Part shown: piece after piece, positions 12,879 through 25,879 of the stretch
Layout: the number at the start of each line of letters is the position of its first letter
How positions within the stretch are numbered: the first letter of the stretch is position 1
NCBI RefSeq assembly: GCF_032191835.1
Contig: NC_083237.1
Location: forward strand, 7,812,001 to 7,876,000
Source of the DNA: Heteronotia binoei
Lineage: Eukaryota
Direction: 5' to 3'
Length of the DNA stretch: 64,000 nt
Position numbers and translations under genes: made by a program
Notes under the pieces: model-generated
What the model saw: the letters and a program-made list of their open reading frames with translations, nothing else
The model's database searches: none
What the model was told of the DNA's origin: nothing

Positions 12879-14149
12879 CTGGAATAAAAAGAGTGTTTCT
12901 ATTAGCGCCTGAGAGGGCAGGTAAAATCAAAAGGCAACTGTGTCGGAAAGGACTGATGGCCCTTTGGCCTCATCCAGTGTGGCTGATCTTAACTAACACC
13001 CCCTCCCCCCTCAGACTATCCAGTATTTAAGGATACAACAGCCCTCATGAGCCGTAGCTGAACTCCTCCCTTGATGGAGCTTCTGAGCCTCCAGATCTCA
13101 GGCTGCAGAAGACCTCCCTCCCTCCTCAACCCGTGGGCTTTATAATTCTACCAAATTAAGAGCTGATCACAAGTGCAGGAGAAATCCCCAATGGCTGTTT
13201 CTTGCCAGTTCCCTTGACATGGATAACCATTCTCAGCTAGATAATTTTGGAAGGAAGTATGCTTTTGGGGATCCTCTTGAGAAACTCTCCAGCCTCTCTG
13301 GATGAAAGGCTGTTGTCTGTCTCCATCAAAGTCTGTTTTATAATTCTTGTTCCTTTGGAGTGGCGAGAGACAGAGAGGCCCATAGCCACAAAGGGGCTTC
13401 ATGGGGCCCTACCCCTGGCTTATGCACAAGGCCATCTAACTTCCATCCACCACCTTTTTTTTTGTGCTTCTGCTGTGCATACCTCATTCTGCTGCCCAGG
13501 GCCTTCTATTCTTTTACTTGCTCACGGTCTCAACAGCTGCCACAGCCACACATCACACTGCCTGAGCATTCTCTCTCACCAGCTGCCCTCTCTCCTACTC
13601 CTTCCCACCCTGAGCTGAGCCTTCTCTCAGTGCTGCCGCCTCTGTGCCTCATTGCCACCAACAAGGCAGGCTACTGGCAACAATGCCTTCTCCCTCACCC
13701 CCGTACCTCACCGCACCCACCATGCCAGACCCTGTCGCTTGAGCCTTGGCATCTGTGGCTGTCCTTGGCAGCTCTCTGTGTCCAAGTCTGGTTGCCTCCA
13801 GGATTGTCTTGTGGGCCTGGCCCAGCTGAATCAGAGTTCAGTGGCTCTGTGCATGCTTAGGAAGCCGGAGCTGGTCAAGAGGGCGGGCATCCAGCCAGCT
13901 GGCCCTGCCTCTCTTTCCCTTCCTGCTAGACCAGGTGGGGGGGCACTGCTGCTGAGCCTGCATCTGACCTTGGCAACAACAGCCGGTGACAGCAATAAGC
14001 TCCCTTCGTGAGAGTCCCTAGATGCTCTCCCCATCCACTGACCACAACACCACGTGGTCTCTCCCAGCTCCACAGGGGCCACCAGAGAAAAGTCACGAGA
14101 AGTACTCAGTGGTTCAGCAAATGTAACCAACACAACAAACTGATTTCTG

Positions 14150-16200
14150 TAGAGCAGATAGCGGAAGGCTTAGAAGTGAAAGAAACAAAAATGGGTGGAA
14201 GAGAAGTCTGGGTAAATGTCAGGGTTCAAAAGGCTGACTTTCTATTGGATGATGAGTACCAATCCAAATGGAGGTTGGGGCTGACTGGTTGCCATGGTGT
14301 TTCCAATGGAGGACAGGAGATGTGCCACAAGATTGGAGTAGGGCGAATGTTATCCCGCTCTTCAAAAAGGGGAAGGATGACCCAGGGAACTACAAGCCAG
14401 TCAGTCTGATCTCTGTCCCAGGGAAGGTACCAGAGCAGATTTTAAAGAGGTCAGTCTGTGAGCATCTGAAGGACAACTAAGTGATATGGGGAAGTCAGCT
14501 TGGATTTGTCCCTAACAGGTCCTGCCAGACTGACCTTGTTTCCTTCTTTGATAGAATGATGAGCTTACTGGGTCATGGGAACACAGTCAACATTGCCTAT
14601 CTGGATTTCAGTGAAGCTTCTGACAGGTTCCCCATATTTCGATGGTTAAACTGGAGGACTGTGGACTGGACTCTAGGATAGTCAGGTGTATAGGGAACTG
14701 GCTAGAAAACTACACCCAAAGAGCATCTGTCAATGACATCTCATCTGTTTAGAGTGAAGTATGTACTGGGGTGCCGATAGGGTTGCCAAGTCCAATTAAA
14801 GAAAAATCTGGGGACTTTGGGGGTGGAGCCAGGAGACATCGGGGGTGGAGCCAAGAACAAGGATGTGACAAGCATAATTGAACTCCAAGGGAGTTCTTGC
14901 CATCACATTTAAAGAGACAGCACACCTTTTAAAATGCCTTTCTTCCATAGGAAATAATTAAGGATAGGGGCACCATATTTTGGGGCTCATAGAATTGGAC
15001 CCTCTGGTCCAATTGTTTTGAAACTTGGGGGGTATTTTGGGGAGAGGCACTAGATGCTATACTAAAAATTTGGTGCCTCTACCTCAAAAAATAGCCCCCC
15101 CAGAGCCCCCAAAACCCACGGATCAATTTCCTATTATTCCCTATGGGAATCGTTCTCCATAGGGAATAATAGAGTGCCTAGTAGACATTTCCCTCCCCCC
15201 CACGCTTTCTAAAGGGGGGGAGGGCCTCCAAACTAGGGAATCCCCTGCCCCCTTCCCCCTCCCTCTCACACACACTTACCAGATCTTCCTCCGGACAACT
15301 CTACTTCCTGTGAAAACGAAAGCAAAGAAAGGGAGGGGCCGTTCTCAGAAGCCCTTTCTGCTTCCTGCTTCCTGCCCAGCCTTAAAGGGGCAGACATTTT
15401 GCAAACGGCTCAGGAGCTCTACAACATGAAGCCTAAAGGTATGTTCTCCCCCCCTCCACCCCCCACCCCCGCTTCCAGAGTTTTGAAGAGCGGGAGATGA
15501 GGCTGCGAACCCAGAAGTCTCCCGCCAGAGCGGGAGGTTTGGGAAGCCTAGGTGCCGAAGGGTTTGGTACTTTCCAACATTTTTATAAATGATCTGGATG
15601 AGGGGGTGAAGGGACTTCTCGTTAAATTTGCAGACTTCGCATTATGTAAATTCAGAGGAGTTGTGAATACACTGAAAGAAAGAGGCAGAATTCAGTGAGA
15701 TCTGAACACACTGGAAAGGTGGGCAGATGTGAATGTGACGCAATTCAACAAGGATAGGTACAGAGTTCTACATCTGGGCAGCAAAAACGAGAAGCATGCA
15801 TATTGGACGGGGGCACACTTCTGGGTAGTCAAGTGTATAAGCAAGATTTTGGGGTACATGTGGGACTGCAAGTGACATATGAGCAGTAAGCGTGATGCAG
15901 GCGTGAAAAAAGCTAATGTGGTCTTGGGGTGCATTGGCAGAGGCACAACATCCAAATCACAAGATACACTGCATTGGTTAGGCCACGCCCGGAGTACTAT
16001 ATGCAGTCTGGGAGGCCTCGCTTCAAACAGGATGTGGACAGAACTGAGCAGGTGCAGATGAGCAGGGGCCTAGAGTCCCAACCTTATAAGGAAATCTGAG
16101 GGCTTGGGAATGTTCCGTCTGGAGACAGGGAGGCCGAGGGGGGGACACAATTGCTCTCTTTAAGTATTCAAAAGGCTGTCACTGAGAGGAGGGAAGGAAG
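14150..16200 (+). mobile_element. Decayed CR1 LINE (RT region) interrupted by a hAT MITE
   Basis: PQDWSRANVIPLFKKGKDDPGNYKPVSLISVPGKV and QLGFVPNRSCQTDLVSFFD are CR1 RT motifs. Confidence 0.85.
14778..15550. mobile_element. hAT-type non-autonomous element (TAGGGTTGCC TIR) nested in CR1
   Basis: Perfect 8-bp TSD GGTGCCGA (14770-14777, 15551-15558); relatives near 28930-29290, 53500-54015 and 56390-56780. Confidence 0.82.
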
Positions 16201-16774
16201 CAGGACTGGAGCTGTACCCCCCCCGCCACAAGCTCCCTTTATGGAGCTCATTGTACGTGTGCTTTGTGCACGCACGCCACGATGACATCACCAGAAGTGA
16301 TGTCATCGTGCAGGGTGGCGGGGAACAAGACAGCGACGGGTGGCGCACAAGAGTGCCGCTTTCCCCCTGCACTAAGCTCTTCGGAGAAATCCAAGCAAGA
16401 AGACAAATTCTTCTGGAAGGACAGAAACTTGGTCAAGATCAAAGCCCACAATCCAAAGCAGTATAAGGGGGATGAATCCATGCCAGATCTGTCAGGGCAG
16501 ATGACAGCCATCCCACCCAGGGGGAAGGGTGTGCTGTAAAGGCTGGCAGCAGAGAGTTCAGGATCTGGCCCCTTCCAGAGTCTTTCTGACAGTCTCTTGT
16601 CCCCACCTTTGACTCAGGCCAGGACACCCTGTCTGGTTTGGGTGATGGCTACAACCCGGGCCTCAGTTGCTCCGCGGAAGCAGTGGCACAGGCTTGAAAA
16701 GGATGTACTACTATTCAATATTTGGATTCGTGCATCATCAATTCACACCTTTGGCACCTAGGAAAGATCCTTAC

Positions 16775-16901
16775 CTAGACAAAGAACCCTCTGATAGTTC
16801 TCCTGCATGACTTCCCTGTAGAGAGCTCTTTGGTCCGGATCCAGCAGTTCCCACTCTGCCTCGGTGAAATGTACAGCCACCTCCTCAAAGGAAAAGGGAC
16901 G
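16775..16901 (-). CDS. G2 KRAB-A exon ([42 protein letters not shown])
   Basis: 127 bp, tttcag acceptor and G|gtaagg donor; KRAB-A motif. Confidence 0.92.
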
Positions 16902-17106
16902 CTGAAAGAAAAAGCAGATTCCCTCATCAGAGATCATGCCGGTCAGGGACTTGACACTGGAAGGGAATATTGCAGGAGAATGCCGGACAGAGAGCTTTGT
17001 ATGGGTAAGGGAAACAGCAAACGCAGCCTTACTCACCAGGCCCCATGCAAAAGCCCCACTGAGAAAGGAGGGGAGACCCCGGTTGTCCCCTGCTGAACTC
17101 CCTTAC

Positions 17107-17177
17107 CTGGGTTGGAGATGCAGCAGACATTTCCGCACCTCTGAAAAGACGATGACTCAACTTAATCTCTCCACTGC
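17107..17177 (-). CDS. G2 linker exon (GSGEIKLSHRLFRGAEMSAASPTQ)
   Basis: 71 bp, canonical AG/GT, phase 1 to 0. Confidence 0.82.
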
Positions 17178-18190
17178 CTGTTAGTGAGACAAAGGAGGAA
17201 GGAAGGGTGTTTGCCTTCTGTTCCTATTCTATTTGCTTGTTTGTTCCCTGCTTCACACATCCCTTTCAAAGGGGTGTGAAACCTCACCCTGTGTACAAAC
17301 AATGATTTTAAACACTCCTTGCAAAATTGTGGAAGTGGCAGAAGAGAAGGACCAGGTATCCATAAGCCTTGGGTTTTAGAAATGCTGCAAATATATTTCA
17401 CGCTTCTGTGAGACTTGAAATGTGCCCTTTGAACTCTGGAATGCAAAAGATTGCGGCATCCCTGCTGGATCAGACCAAAAGTCCGTGCATGGTGTTCTCC
17501 AGCCAGAAGAGACCTCCCATGAGGCCTGGGCTGGTGGGAGAAAAAGAGGGGGCTGGATATGATGTCTTATGACATGTCACCATCCCATTTGGTCCAAAAC
17601 TGAGATGTGATTGGAGTACAACCGAAGACTGAATGAGTTTTCAGAGGATCTGTTGTCATGCTAACGCCGCAAGTAGGTTTGCAAGAGGATGGAAATCAGT
17701 ATGACATCACATCTGTTCCAAGCCCCTCCCAAAAGCTCCTGGGTGTGCCAGTCCACAGCCTGCCATCCCTATTCCAGCATCCTATTTACCACAATGGTTC
17801 ATCAGATGTCCCTTGACACATGGGCAGAGGAGCCAAATTTTCCCCATTATTAGAAAATGGTATTCAGGGCTCTGCTGCCCCAGAAAGTGGAGGCTCTATT
17901 TAGTCAGCAGGTTGAATAGCTCCACCCAGGTTTGTCTACCTTTTCTTTTTTTGAGCCACCTGGAGTTCCTCTTAGGGAAGGGAGGTGAGATATGAACATT
18001 TTCGTTAATGTGAGGAATTGCCCTCCATTAATTTATCTAAACTCCTTTGAAAGGCATCACAAGAAACGGACATTGAGTGCCATTAATTCCGTGTGGTGTG
18101 AAGAAATATTTAATTTTTTCCTGACTGGAATTCTCCACCCATCACATTCACAGTGTGCCCCAATTGCATCCAGGCACTATGAGACCTTAC

Positions 18191-18305
18191 CACAGGAGAG
18201 GGCATCCTGGGCACGCTCCATGGCTTGCGCACTCTGCCCTTGCTCTAAGGAAGCTCCTTCCGCCTCAGGGAATGAATCTTCTGTCTTCACGGATGGTCCC
18301 CACAT
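18191..18305 (-). CDS. G2 exon 3 (MWGPSVKTEDSFPEAEG...DALSC-G)
   Basis: 115 bp, canonical splice sites, open frame. Confidence 0.85.
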
Positions 18306-18578
18306 CTGAAACAGCAGTGAGGGAGATAGGTAAGACACAGCATGAGCAGACCAAGCAATGGATTCTGCCTCACTCCCAGACTCTGCAGCCTTCTGTGAAC
18401 AGACCTGTTGAGTTATCTGGAGGAATAAGACATTCTCTAGTAGAAGAGGCTGGTGAAGGAGGCTGTTATATCTCCCATTTGGATGAGTAACTCTTGGGAG
18501 AAGTGTACGTTAGGAAAAATTTAGGATAAGATCAGATATTGCTGCTTAAATTGGATATACCTGGAAAATGCCCCTCAC

Positions 18579-18992
18579 CTGTTCTGCCTGCCTCTTCTCC
18601 TCTGCCTGACTCAGGAGAAAACCTTCAGCCAGGGCCACCGCCTGGGAACTGGTCTCCGGCCCACATCCTCGGACCCAGCACTGCATCTCTGGGGGCAGGA
18701 TGGCCAGGAACTGCTCCAGGATCACCAGGTCCAGGATCTGCTTCTTGGTGTGCCTTTCTGGCTTCAGCCAGTAGCTGCAAAGTCCATGGAGCTGGCTGCA
18801 AACCTCCCGGGGCCCATCAGTCATGTGATACTGGAACAGCCGGAAGCGTCGGCAATGCACATCTGAGGTCATGGTGTCCTTAGCCAGGATCTCTGCCGCA
18901 GCTCTTTCAACACCACTCCCAGCTTGGAGGAGAAGGGGGCCTTTGCTTGCTGTCTTGCTAGTTCCAGGTCCTTCTGGATTCTGTTCTTCCAT
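18579..18992 (-). CDS. G2 SCAN exon; the spliced CDS 414+115+71+127+1178 = 1905 nt encodes a ~634-aa SCAN-KRAB-C2H2 protein
   Basis: SCAN motif in ORF 18546..19148; ATG at 18992; CAG|gtgagg donor; exon phases are compatible throughout. Confidence 0.93.
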
Positions 18993-19229
18993 CTCCTCCT
19001 TCTCTTGGGTCACCTCCAACTGTGAAATGATGCCTTCACTCACTTGCCAGTGAAAAGAGGCTTCTTGTGGGGGGGGGGGGGTAGAGAGGCACAGATAGTA
19101 ACTTGTCATAAGGAAAACAGAAGAGAAAAGAGATACACCACTGAACATCAGAAACTTTCACATGCTCAGAAGACTCACAAGAATTGCCCTGGTGCATCAG
19201 AACAAAACTGTTTGTGGACTGGGAAGATC

Positions 19230-19625
19230 CGGGCCCTACCTGAGTTACTGCCATTTCATAGGGCCTGCCGGACGGAACTATTCCACTGGGCTTTTAGTTG
19301 AGGCAGCGGGCGTCCTATTCCAGCTATTATTCCATCAGTTGGCCTCCCTTGTAGCAACACCATGTCTTACCATGCTTACTGCTTATTACTTATTACCATG
19401 CTTATTACTACCATCATTTTACTTTGGGCCAATAATTGCTTATCCTGTATGATATGCCCTTCCTGCCTGTGATGCACTTGATTTATTGTTTTATTGTTCT
19501 GACTTGTTTAATTTTAAATGTATTGTTTTAACTTTGAACTGTAGGATTTTATTGTTATTACTGTATGTTGTGATCCGCCCTCAGCCCGTTTACGGGAAAG
19601 GGCGGAATATAAGCCTACTAAATAA
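19230..19625 (+). mobile_element. L2-like LINE 3' end
   Basis: TGATCCGCCCTCAGCCC..GGGCGGAATATAA..AATAA terminus, similar to 54041-54720. Confidence 0.55.
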
Positions 19626-20748
19626 TCTTTGCTGGCATTGCCAAGCTCTCCGCACCTTCACAAAGGTGATTTTCCGCTCTGGGCAGGCCTTGGACACCAC
19701 CTGGCAGCCCCGGCCCCATATAGGGAATGCATCAGGGTCTCCGGTTGGTTCCAGTGCAGGCAGGAGTTCCCTTTCCCTGTGCACCTTTTTTTGTCAACCC
19801 CCCCCCCCCCCAAATGGCCAGTTTCTCTAGAAAAGAAAATGGCCTCGCTGTTGATTTATGAGGCAATGAATAAGGGTACATGTGGTAGTGAGTGCAAATA
19901 ATATTGATTCCTGCTTGTATAAATATAACTTGATTTTAAAGGGGATTCTGGGAGCCTTGATAGGGGTTAAACTTAGCTTATCAAAGAATTGACTGTCTTT
20001 GCACAAAGGATGGTTTGACTCAAGAGTGCAGTGGGACTAAGAACTCCTTTAATACTCATTATGCCTTATATAGAAGTAACCCCGCAGCCTTCCCTGTAGT
20101 GGACCTGAAATTTCCCAAAACCCCATTATCAGTCCCTTATTAAGAGCAAGAAGCAGAAAAGTATTAAAGCGTCAGGGGCAGAACTTTGGAGGACTGTGAA
20201 AGAGAAGAACTCCGCTTTATTCTGGAAACTGGTTTCTGTGTCACCAGGTAAGCGGCAAAACATTTTTAACAATCCCATTTCCCCTGAGACTTGGGTAACA
20301 CACTATAAGAGGCTGTACAGTGAAACCGTCACAAGCTCTCGTCGGTGAAATTGACCAGCAGCAGAACATTCGTTTTTGTTTTGTACATTTAACTTTTCTT
20401 GCACTGAAAGACACTGATTATTGCCCGCCCCTCCTCCGCAACCTCCAGTTATAAAGCGGAGCAATTCTGGTGCCTAACACGGTTGTCAGCCTCCAGGTAA
20501 GACCTGAAGTTCTCCCAGAATTACAACCGACCTGCAGCTGGTAGAAAATGGCCCCATTGGAGAGAGGGAGGACCCCACAGCCCCATCTCAAGTTCCCCTC
20601 CCCGTCCCCAAACTTAGCCTTTCCCAGCATGCGCCCTCCACCTCCAATGGCCAGCAATTTGCCTCTCGACCTGGGAGTTGGCAACCTGATCCCAGCCTTC
20701 CTCCAAAGTTCCCAGACCTAAAAGCGGATCCCTCCCCCAGCGCCTTAC

Positions 20749-21065
20749 TTCTAAGCAGACTTTCCCGGGATATCTGCCTGCAAGGCTTTCCCCCGCCGTT
20801 GCTGTTCTCTTCCCCAACGGAGAAGCAAACCCTTCTGCTCCCACCCACCTCCCAGGCTCAGCCTGTCTAGCAAACGGCTCCCCGACTTTAACCCTTTCGG
20901 TGCTGCAGAGAAATGCAAAAACGTCTCCTACCCTCTCCAGGAGGACGAGCTTCGCCCAGGTTGCCTCCAGCCGCGCCTCATGCGGCTCAAATGGGGCCAC
21001 TCGCACTCTGGCGTAATTTTGCGCGGGATCGCTCTCCCCAGGGATCGCAGGCTATTCAGCCAGCT
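20749..21065 (-). promoter_or_regulatory. G2 putative non-coding exon 1 / CpG-rich promoter
   Basis: Paralogous to 8263-8570; conserved AGAA|gtaagg donor. Confidence 0.55.
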
Positions 21066-22259
21066 CCTCATTCACCTACCTAGCAGAAGGCCATCAAGTT
21101 CAGTTGCGGGAGGGGGTTAGACATTGTTAGATGAATGAGGATGCTTTTTTTTTTTTTTTAATGGACCGGCGTGGATTTCTAACCTTTTTGAACCAGGATT
21201 ATTAGCAATAGAATAATTAGCAGACATAGTCACACTCTGACGTGTTACTGTTTTATTGGTTTCCCAGGCTAATGCAACCCAGATCAAAGATTTTCTGGAT
21301 TTGTTCATTTGACTGTTCTGCTACTGGGTTTTAACTGTACTACTTTGCATTCTAAACCCCAACAGCTATACGTAGCTCTGCTTACTGTACCTCATTCCTT
21401 GTCTGAAGAAGTGTGCGTGCGTACGAAAGCTTTCATTCTGAATAAACGTTTGTTGGCCTTAAAGGTGCTACTGGGCCTGATAGCGTGCAAATGACTTTAT
21501 AAAGGTTGTCATATGCCTTGTCCTGAAGGATGCCAGAATTTTTAGTACACAGGATGGGCAAGCGCTACAGATTTTACACTTGTCGCAACTGGAATCCATA
21601 TTCTCACCATCATTAAACAATAGCTTTAATTCATCAAAGTTTGAAGCAAAAGAAAACTATTCTGATACTACTTGATCATTGCTGATGGAGACAGTTTAAT
21701 CTTCAAGGCCCTTCTCTGCAACCGTTTAAAATTTTGCTGGGTCCAAGCAGGATAAATTTTTATTGTAGAAAATGTATACGGTACGGTAACCAGGTCCATT
21801 ATGTATTTCTTCTAGAAATACATAATGGACCTTGCAGCAAGAACACATAAATGTAAATCTGTTTTACAGATGTGTCGATTATTAACAACAATTTTAACAA
21901 TCACAGTACTTTTAATAACCTTGGTTACCATGGCTGGTGCATGGGAGTAGGCCGACAAGTAGACAGCTGCCTAGGGCGCCCCCTGGCCTAGGTGCCCCCT
22001 CTTCCCACACACAGCGTGTGTGCCCCTTGGAGCTTGCCTTTCCCAATTGAAAGCAGGCCCCATGAAGTAAGTGCAGATGTTACAGACCTGGGAAACGCGA
22101 AAGTGGACAGTGCTTGCGCAGTGTGCTCCTTGGAGCCCGGCAGGAATAAATTAACCAATTGTAAAAGCTGAAGAAGAGCCAATGATCGTTTCTAAAAATT
22201 GGTTTGTTGAATTTGTATGCTGTCACTCATACTTGCTACTCTACTTTAACAGAGCCATT

Positions 22260-22410
22260 GGGTGGGAGCTATAGCTCAGTGGTAGAGCAACTTTCTTGTA
22301 TGCACAAAGTCTTGTCACTAGCACCTCCCGCTAAAAGGATCAAGTTGAAATGGTCATGTAAAGGTCTTGTTCCTGGCACCTCCAGCTAAAAGAATCAAGT
22401 AGTATTCTAA
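22260..22410 (+). mobile_element. Decayed tRNA-headed SINE
   Basis: A-box TAGCTCAGTGG; B-box and cloverleaf broken; body resembles the minus-strand copy at 47955-48175. Confidence 0.55.
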
Positions 22411-23014
22411 CAATTTTTATTGCTTAATCTCATAATTTTTTTTAAAAAAATTAAAATGTAAAATAAAAAACTGCAGATTAAAAATGTAAAGTTTCAAGTT
22501 TCTTCATTTCTCCTACAATTCTGTTTTTTATATTTGGGGGGTTGGGGGCGCTAGTGGGCAGCTCGCCTAGGGCACCAAAAACCCTAGCACTGGCCCTGTT
22601 GGTTACTTATGAAGTGAGTTCTGAAGTGGATTACCTTTGTCTCTTAGTAAAATTCATCTGTCATAGCACTGTGCCAAACAGTTTGCTCCTGTACAGTGGC
22701 CTCTTGGTCATTTAAATTTATACATGCTTTAGCCCTGGCAGTATCCCTCAAGGATATGCTCATTTGGGCTATCCTCTTTTGTTTTGGCATTTGACCTTTG
22801 GACTTCTGTGCGATCTCATGTCACACCCCGGCAGGGACCAGGGTGGGCTCCCCCCCCCCTGCTGGCTGCCACCACTCTGGTGGAGGTCTGTCTGGGAGGG
22901 AGGGCCTAACCCTCATGCCTTCCTTATCAGCAATTTTTTTAATCTGTGACCAGAGACATGAGGACCCAGGAAGTTCAACAACAACAACAGTTTTATTCTT
23001 GGTGCTCAAACAAA

Positions 23015-24187
23015 TGTTGTTGATCAGTCGCACAGTCAAGTCCGACTCTGCGACCCCATGGACAAAGTCACGCCAGGCCCTCCTGTCTTCCACCATCCTT
23101 GAAGTCTGCTCAAATTCGTGTTTGTTATATCAGTAACACTATCCAGCCATCTCATCTTTTGCCGTCCCCTTCTTTTGCCTTCTGTCTTTCCTAGCATCAG
23201 GATCCTCTCCAGGGAGTGCTCCCTTCTCATTTGGTGGCCAAAGTATTTCAGCTTCAGCATCTGACCTCCAGTGAACAGTCTGGGTTGATTTCCCTTAGGA
23301 CTGACTGATTTGATCTTCTTGCAGTCCAAGGGACTCTCAAGAGTCTTCTCCAGCACCACATCTCAAAAGCATCTATTCTTCTGCACTCGGCCTTCCTTAT
23401 GGTCCAGCTCTCACAGCCATACATTGCTACTGGGAATACCATAACTTTGACTATATGAACTTTTGTTGGCAGGATGATGTCTCTACTTTTTATTATACTG
23501 CCCAGGTTTGCCATAGCTGTCCCCCCAAGGAGCAAACGTCTTTTAATTTCATGGCTACAGTCACCATCTGCAGTGATCTTGGATCCCACAAATGTGAAGT
23601 CTCACTGCTTCCATGTCTTCTCCTTCTATTTGCCAAGGTTTGAAGGGGCCAGATGCCATGATCTTAGTTTTTTTGATGTTGAGTTTCAAGCCTACTTTTG
23701 TGCTCTCCTCTTTCACCCTCAACAAGAGGTTCTTTAGGTCCTCCTCATTTTCTGCCATTAGAGTAGTGTCATCTGCATATCTGAGGTTGTTGATGTTGGT
23801 GTTTTTCCCCGTAATCTTGTGCTTCTTCCAGGCCAGCATTCCGCATGATGTACTCTGCATATAAATCAAATAAGCAGGGTGACAATATACATCCTTGTCG
23901 AACTTTTCCTATTCTAAATCAATCAGTTGTTCCATATCCCGTTCTGACAGTTGCTTCTTGACCCTTATACAGGTTTCTCAGGAGACATGTGAGATGGTCT
24001 GGTACTCCCATCTCTTTAAGGACTTGCCACAGTTTGTTGCGATCCACACAATCAAAGGCTTTAGCATAGTCAATGAAGCAGAAATAGACGTTTTTCTGAT
24101 ACTCCCGTGCTTTCTCCATAATTCATTGAATGTTGGCAATTTGATCTCTAGTTCCTATCTCTCCGAAATCCAGCCTGAACTTCTGGG
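23015..24187 (-). mobile_element. BovB (RTE clade) LINE 3' ~1.2 kb, frameshifted
   Basis: NINNLRYADDTTLMAE, GSKITADGDCSHEIKRRLLLG, YGCESWTIRKAE..RIDAFEMWCWRRLLRVPWTARRSNQSVL; (CAA)n tail. Confidence 0.92.
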
Positions 24188-24299
24188 TACAAATAGTGGG
24201 TACTAAAAAAATAATTTTCGTGTGAAAAGGTGAAAAACAGTACAGGTGATAGAAATCAAATATACAGCCCTAACGCGACTCTCTAGGCATTCCTTACTT

Positions 24300-24603
24300 C
24301 TGTTCAGAAAGGAAAGGTCCCCTGTGCATGCAAGCACCAGTTGTTTCCAACTCTGGGGTGACGTTGCTTTCACGGCAGACTTTTTACAGGGTGGTTTGCC
24401 ATTGCCTTCCCCAATCTTTTACACTTTCCCCCCAGCAAGCTGGGTACTCATTTTACCGACCTCGGAAGGATGGAAGGCTGAGTCAACCTTGGGCCGGCTG
24501 CCTGAACCAGCTTTTGCTGGGATCGAATTCAGGTCATGAGCAGAGAGTTCAGATCACAGTACTGCAGTACTGCTCCTTTGCCACTCTGTGCCATGGGGCT
24601 GCT
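24300..24603 (-). mobile_element. Sauria SINE
   Basis: CCCAGCAAGCTGGGTACTCATTTTACCGACCTCGGAAGGATGGAAGGCTGAGTCAACCTTG core with BovB-like tail. Confidence 0.85.
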
Positions 24604-25879
24604 TCTGTTAACACTGTATTAATTCACCCCAGTTCTAGGTGAGGGCAAAAACTCTCTTGCTGAAGCTCCCTCCAGCTCAGCATCCTAGAGAAAACCAGCC
24701 TCCCTATCAGGCCTATTTATCCTCTCCTCCCAGGTCCCATCCTCCTCTCGGTCAGTTTCCCTCCAAAACTGCTTCCATCCAAACCGAGGAAGAGAAGGGA
24801 TCCTGGGAGATGTAGACTCACTAGCCAAATGAGATAGGCTTCCCCAAGCCCTCTAGGCCTCACTAGGCAGGCCTCTCCTTGCCTTCTAGGCCTCAAATCG
24901 TGACACCTCATGGAAAACTGTAAACAGAACCCAAAGGAGGAAATATTGTCTTTTGTATGATTAACCTGTAACAACTAATTCAGGGGCACAGGAGATCAAT
25001 ATAGCCAAGAAGAAAAATGCACCGTTTATTAAAAATGAGAATATCAAAAACCATATTGACTAGATGAATTGACTAGGTGAATTTTGAAATGCATGTTTAC
25101 AGGGATCGTTCCCTAAGAACGCTCAAATAAACCAGGCTGGATAACCAGAAAGGTATTTTATTAAGAACTAAGAGTAAAAACATACATAAATAGCACACGG
25201 GGAAAACACACATACTATCTAAGAGGAAAAATAACAGGAAGGAGCAGGGATGCAATGAAAAATATTTGCTGTCTTTGCAATGTCTGCAGTAGCTTAATAA
25301 GTTGATTCTGGTTGCACGTCAAGATGCCAGGCTGGGATTCCCAGTTAAGCTTCATTGCGTGGTCGCAATGGTAAAGATCTGAATCAGATTTTTTTCAGAG
25401 TTATTTATTATATTCTTAAATATAAAGTACCCTTGAAAAATGATTTTATTTTTATCTTTCAATAAATAGTAATACAACGTAAATTTTAGTTGCATTAAAG
25501 TAATAATATTGGAACTTCTATTATATTTTCAAGCTATTAAAAGGTCATTTACATTTTAAACATGTTGTCTAATGTTTAAAGCGGGCCAATTCATCGGGCC
25601 CACTTGCTGTTGTACAAGCTGACACAATGGCCACTATTGCATTTGGGGGTGCATTTGAAGCCACAGCCTGGATGTTGAGGGGGAAAGGGATGGGGGATTT
25701 GTGCAAGGAAGGTGGAAAGCAGAGCAGCAGAGGGTCACAATGCTTGAAGGGGTGGCTGAGAGAGAGTTGCCAACCTCCCAGTGGGGCCTGCAGTTTGATC
25801 TCCCAGAATTATACGTGATCCCCCCGTGAGAAAAAAGGACTACTTGGTCTGAAGGTCTGTTATCCCATAAAGTAGTTTT

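Noticed and set aside
13040-13340. Possible KRAB-B or linker exon between KRAB-A and the ZF exon
   Set aside because: No KPDLISxLE-like motif; the candidate small exon has stops in the required phase; similarity across units is explained by duplication
16278-16310. Perfect 14-bp inverted repeat containing TGACATCA
   Set aside because: Appears to be part of a small inserted repeat; no evidence of a regulatory role
22260-22335. Possible tRNA gene (TAGCTCAGTGGTAGAGC)
   Set aside because: B-box and T-arm are broken, no cloverleaf forms, and the sequence runs on into a SINE body
24620-25260. Possible minus-strand solo LTR (AATAAA and TG..CA-like ends)
   Set aside because: Termini and TSD could not be fixed without a repeat library
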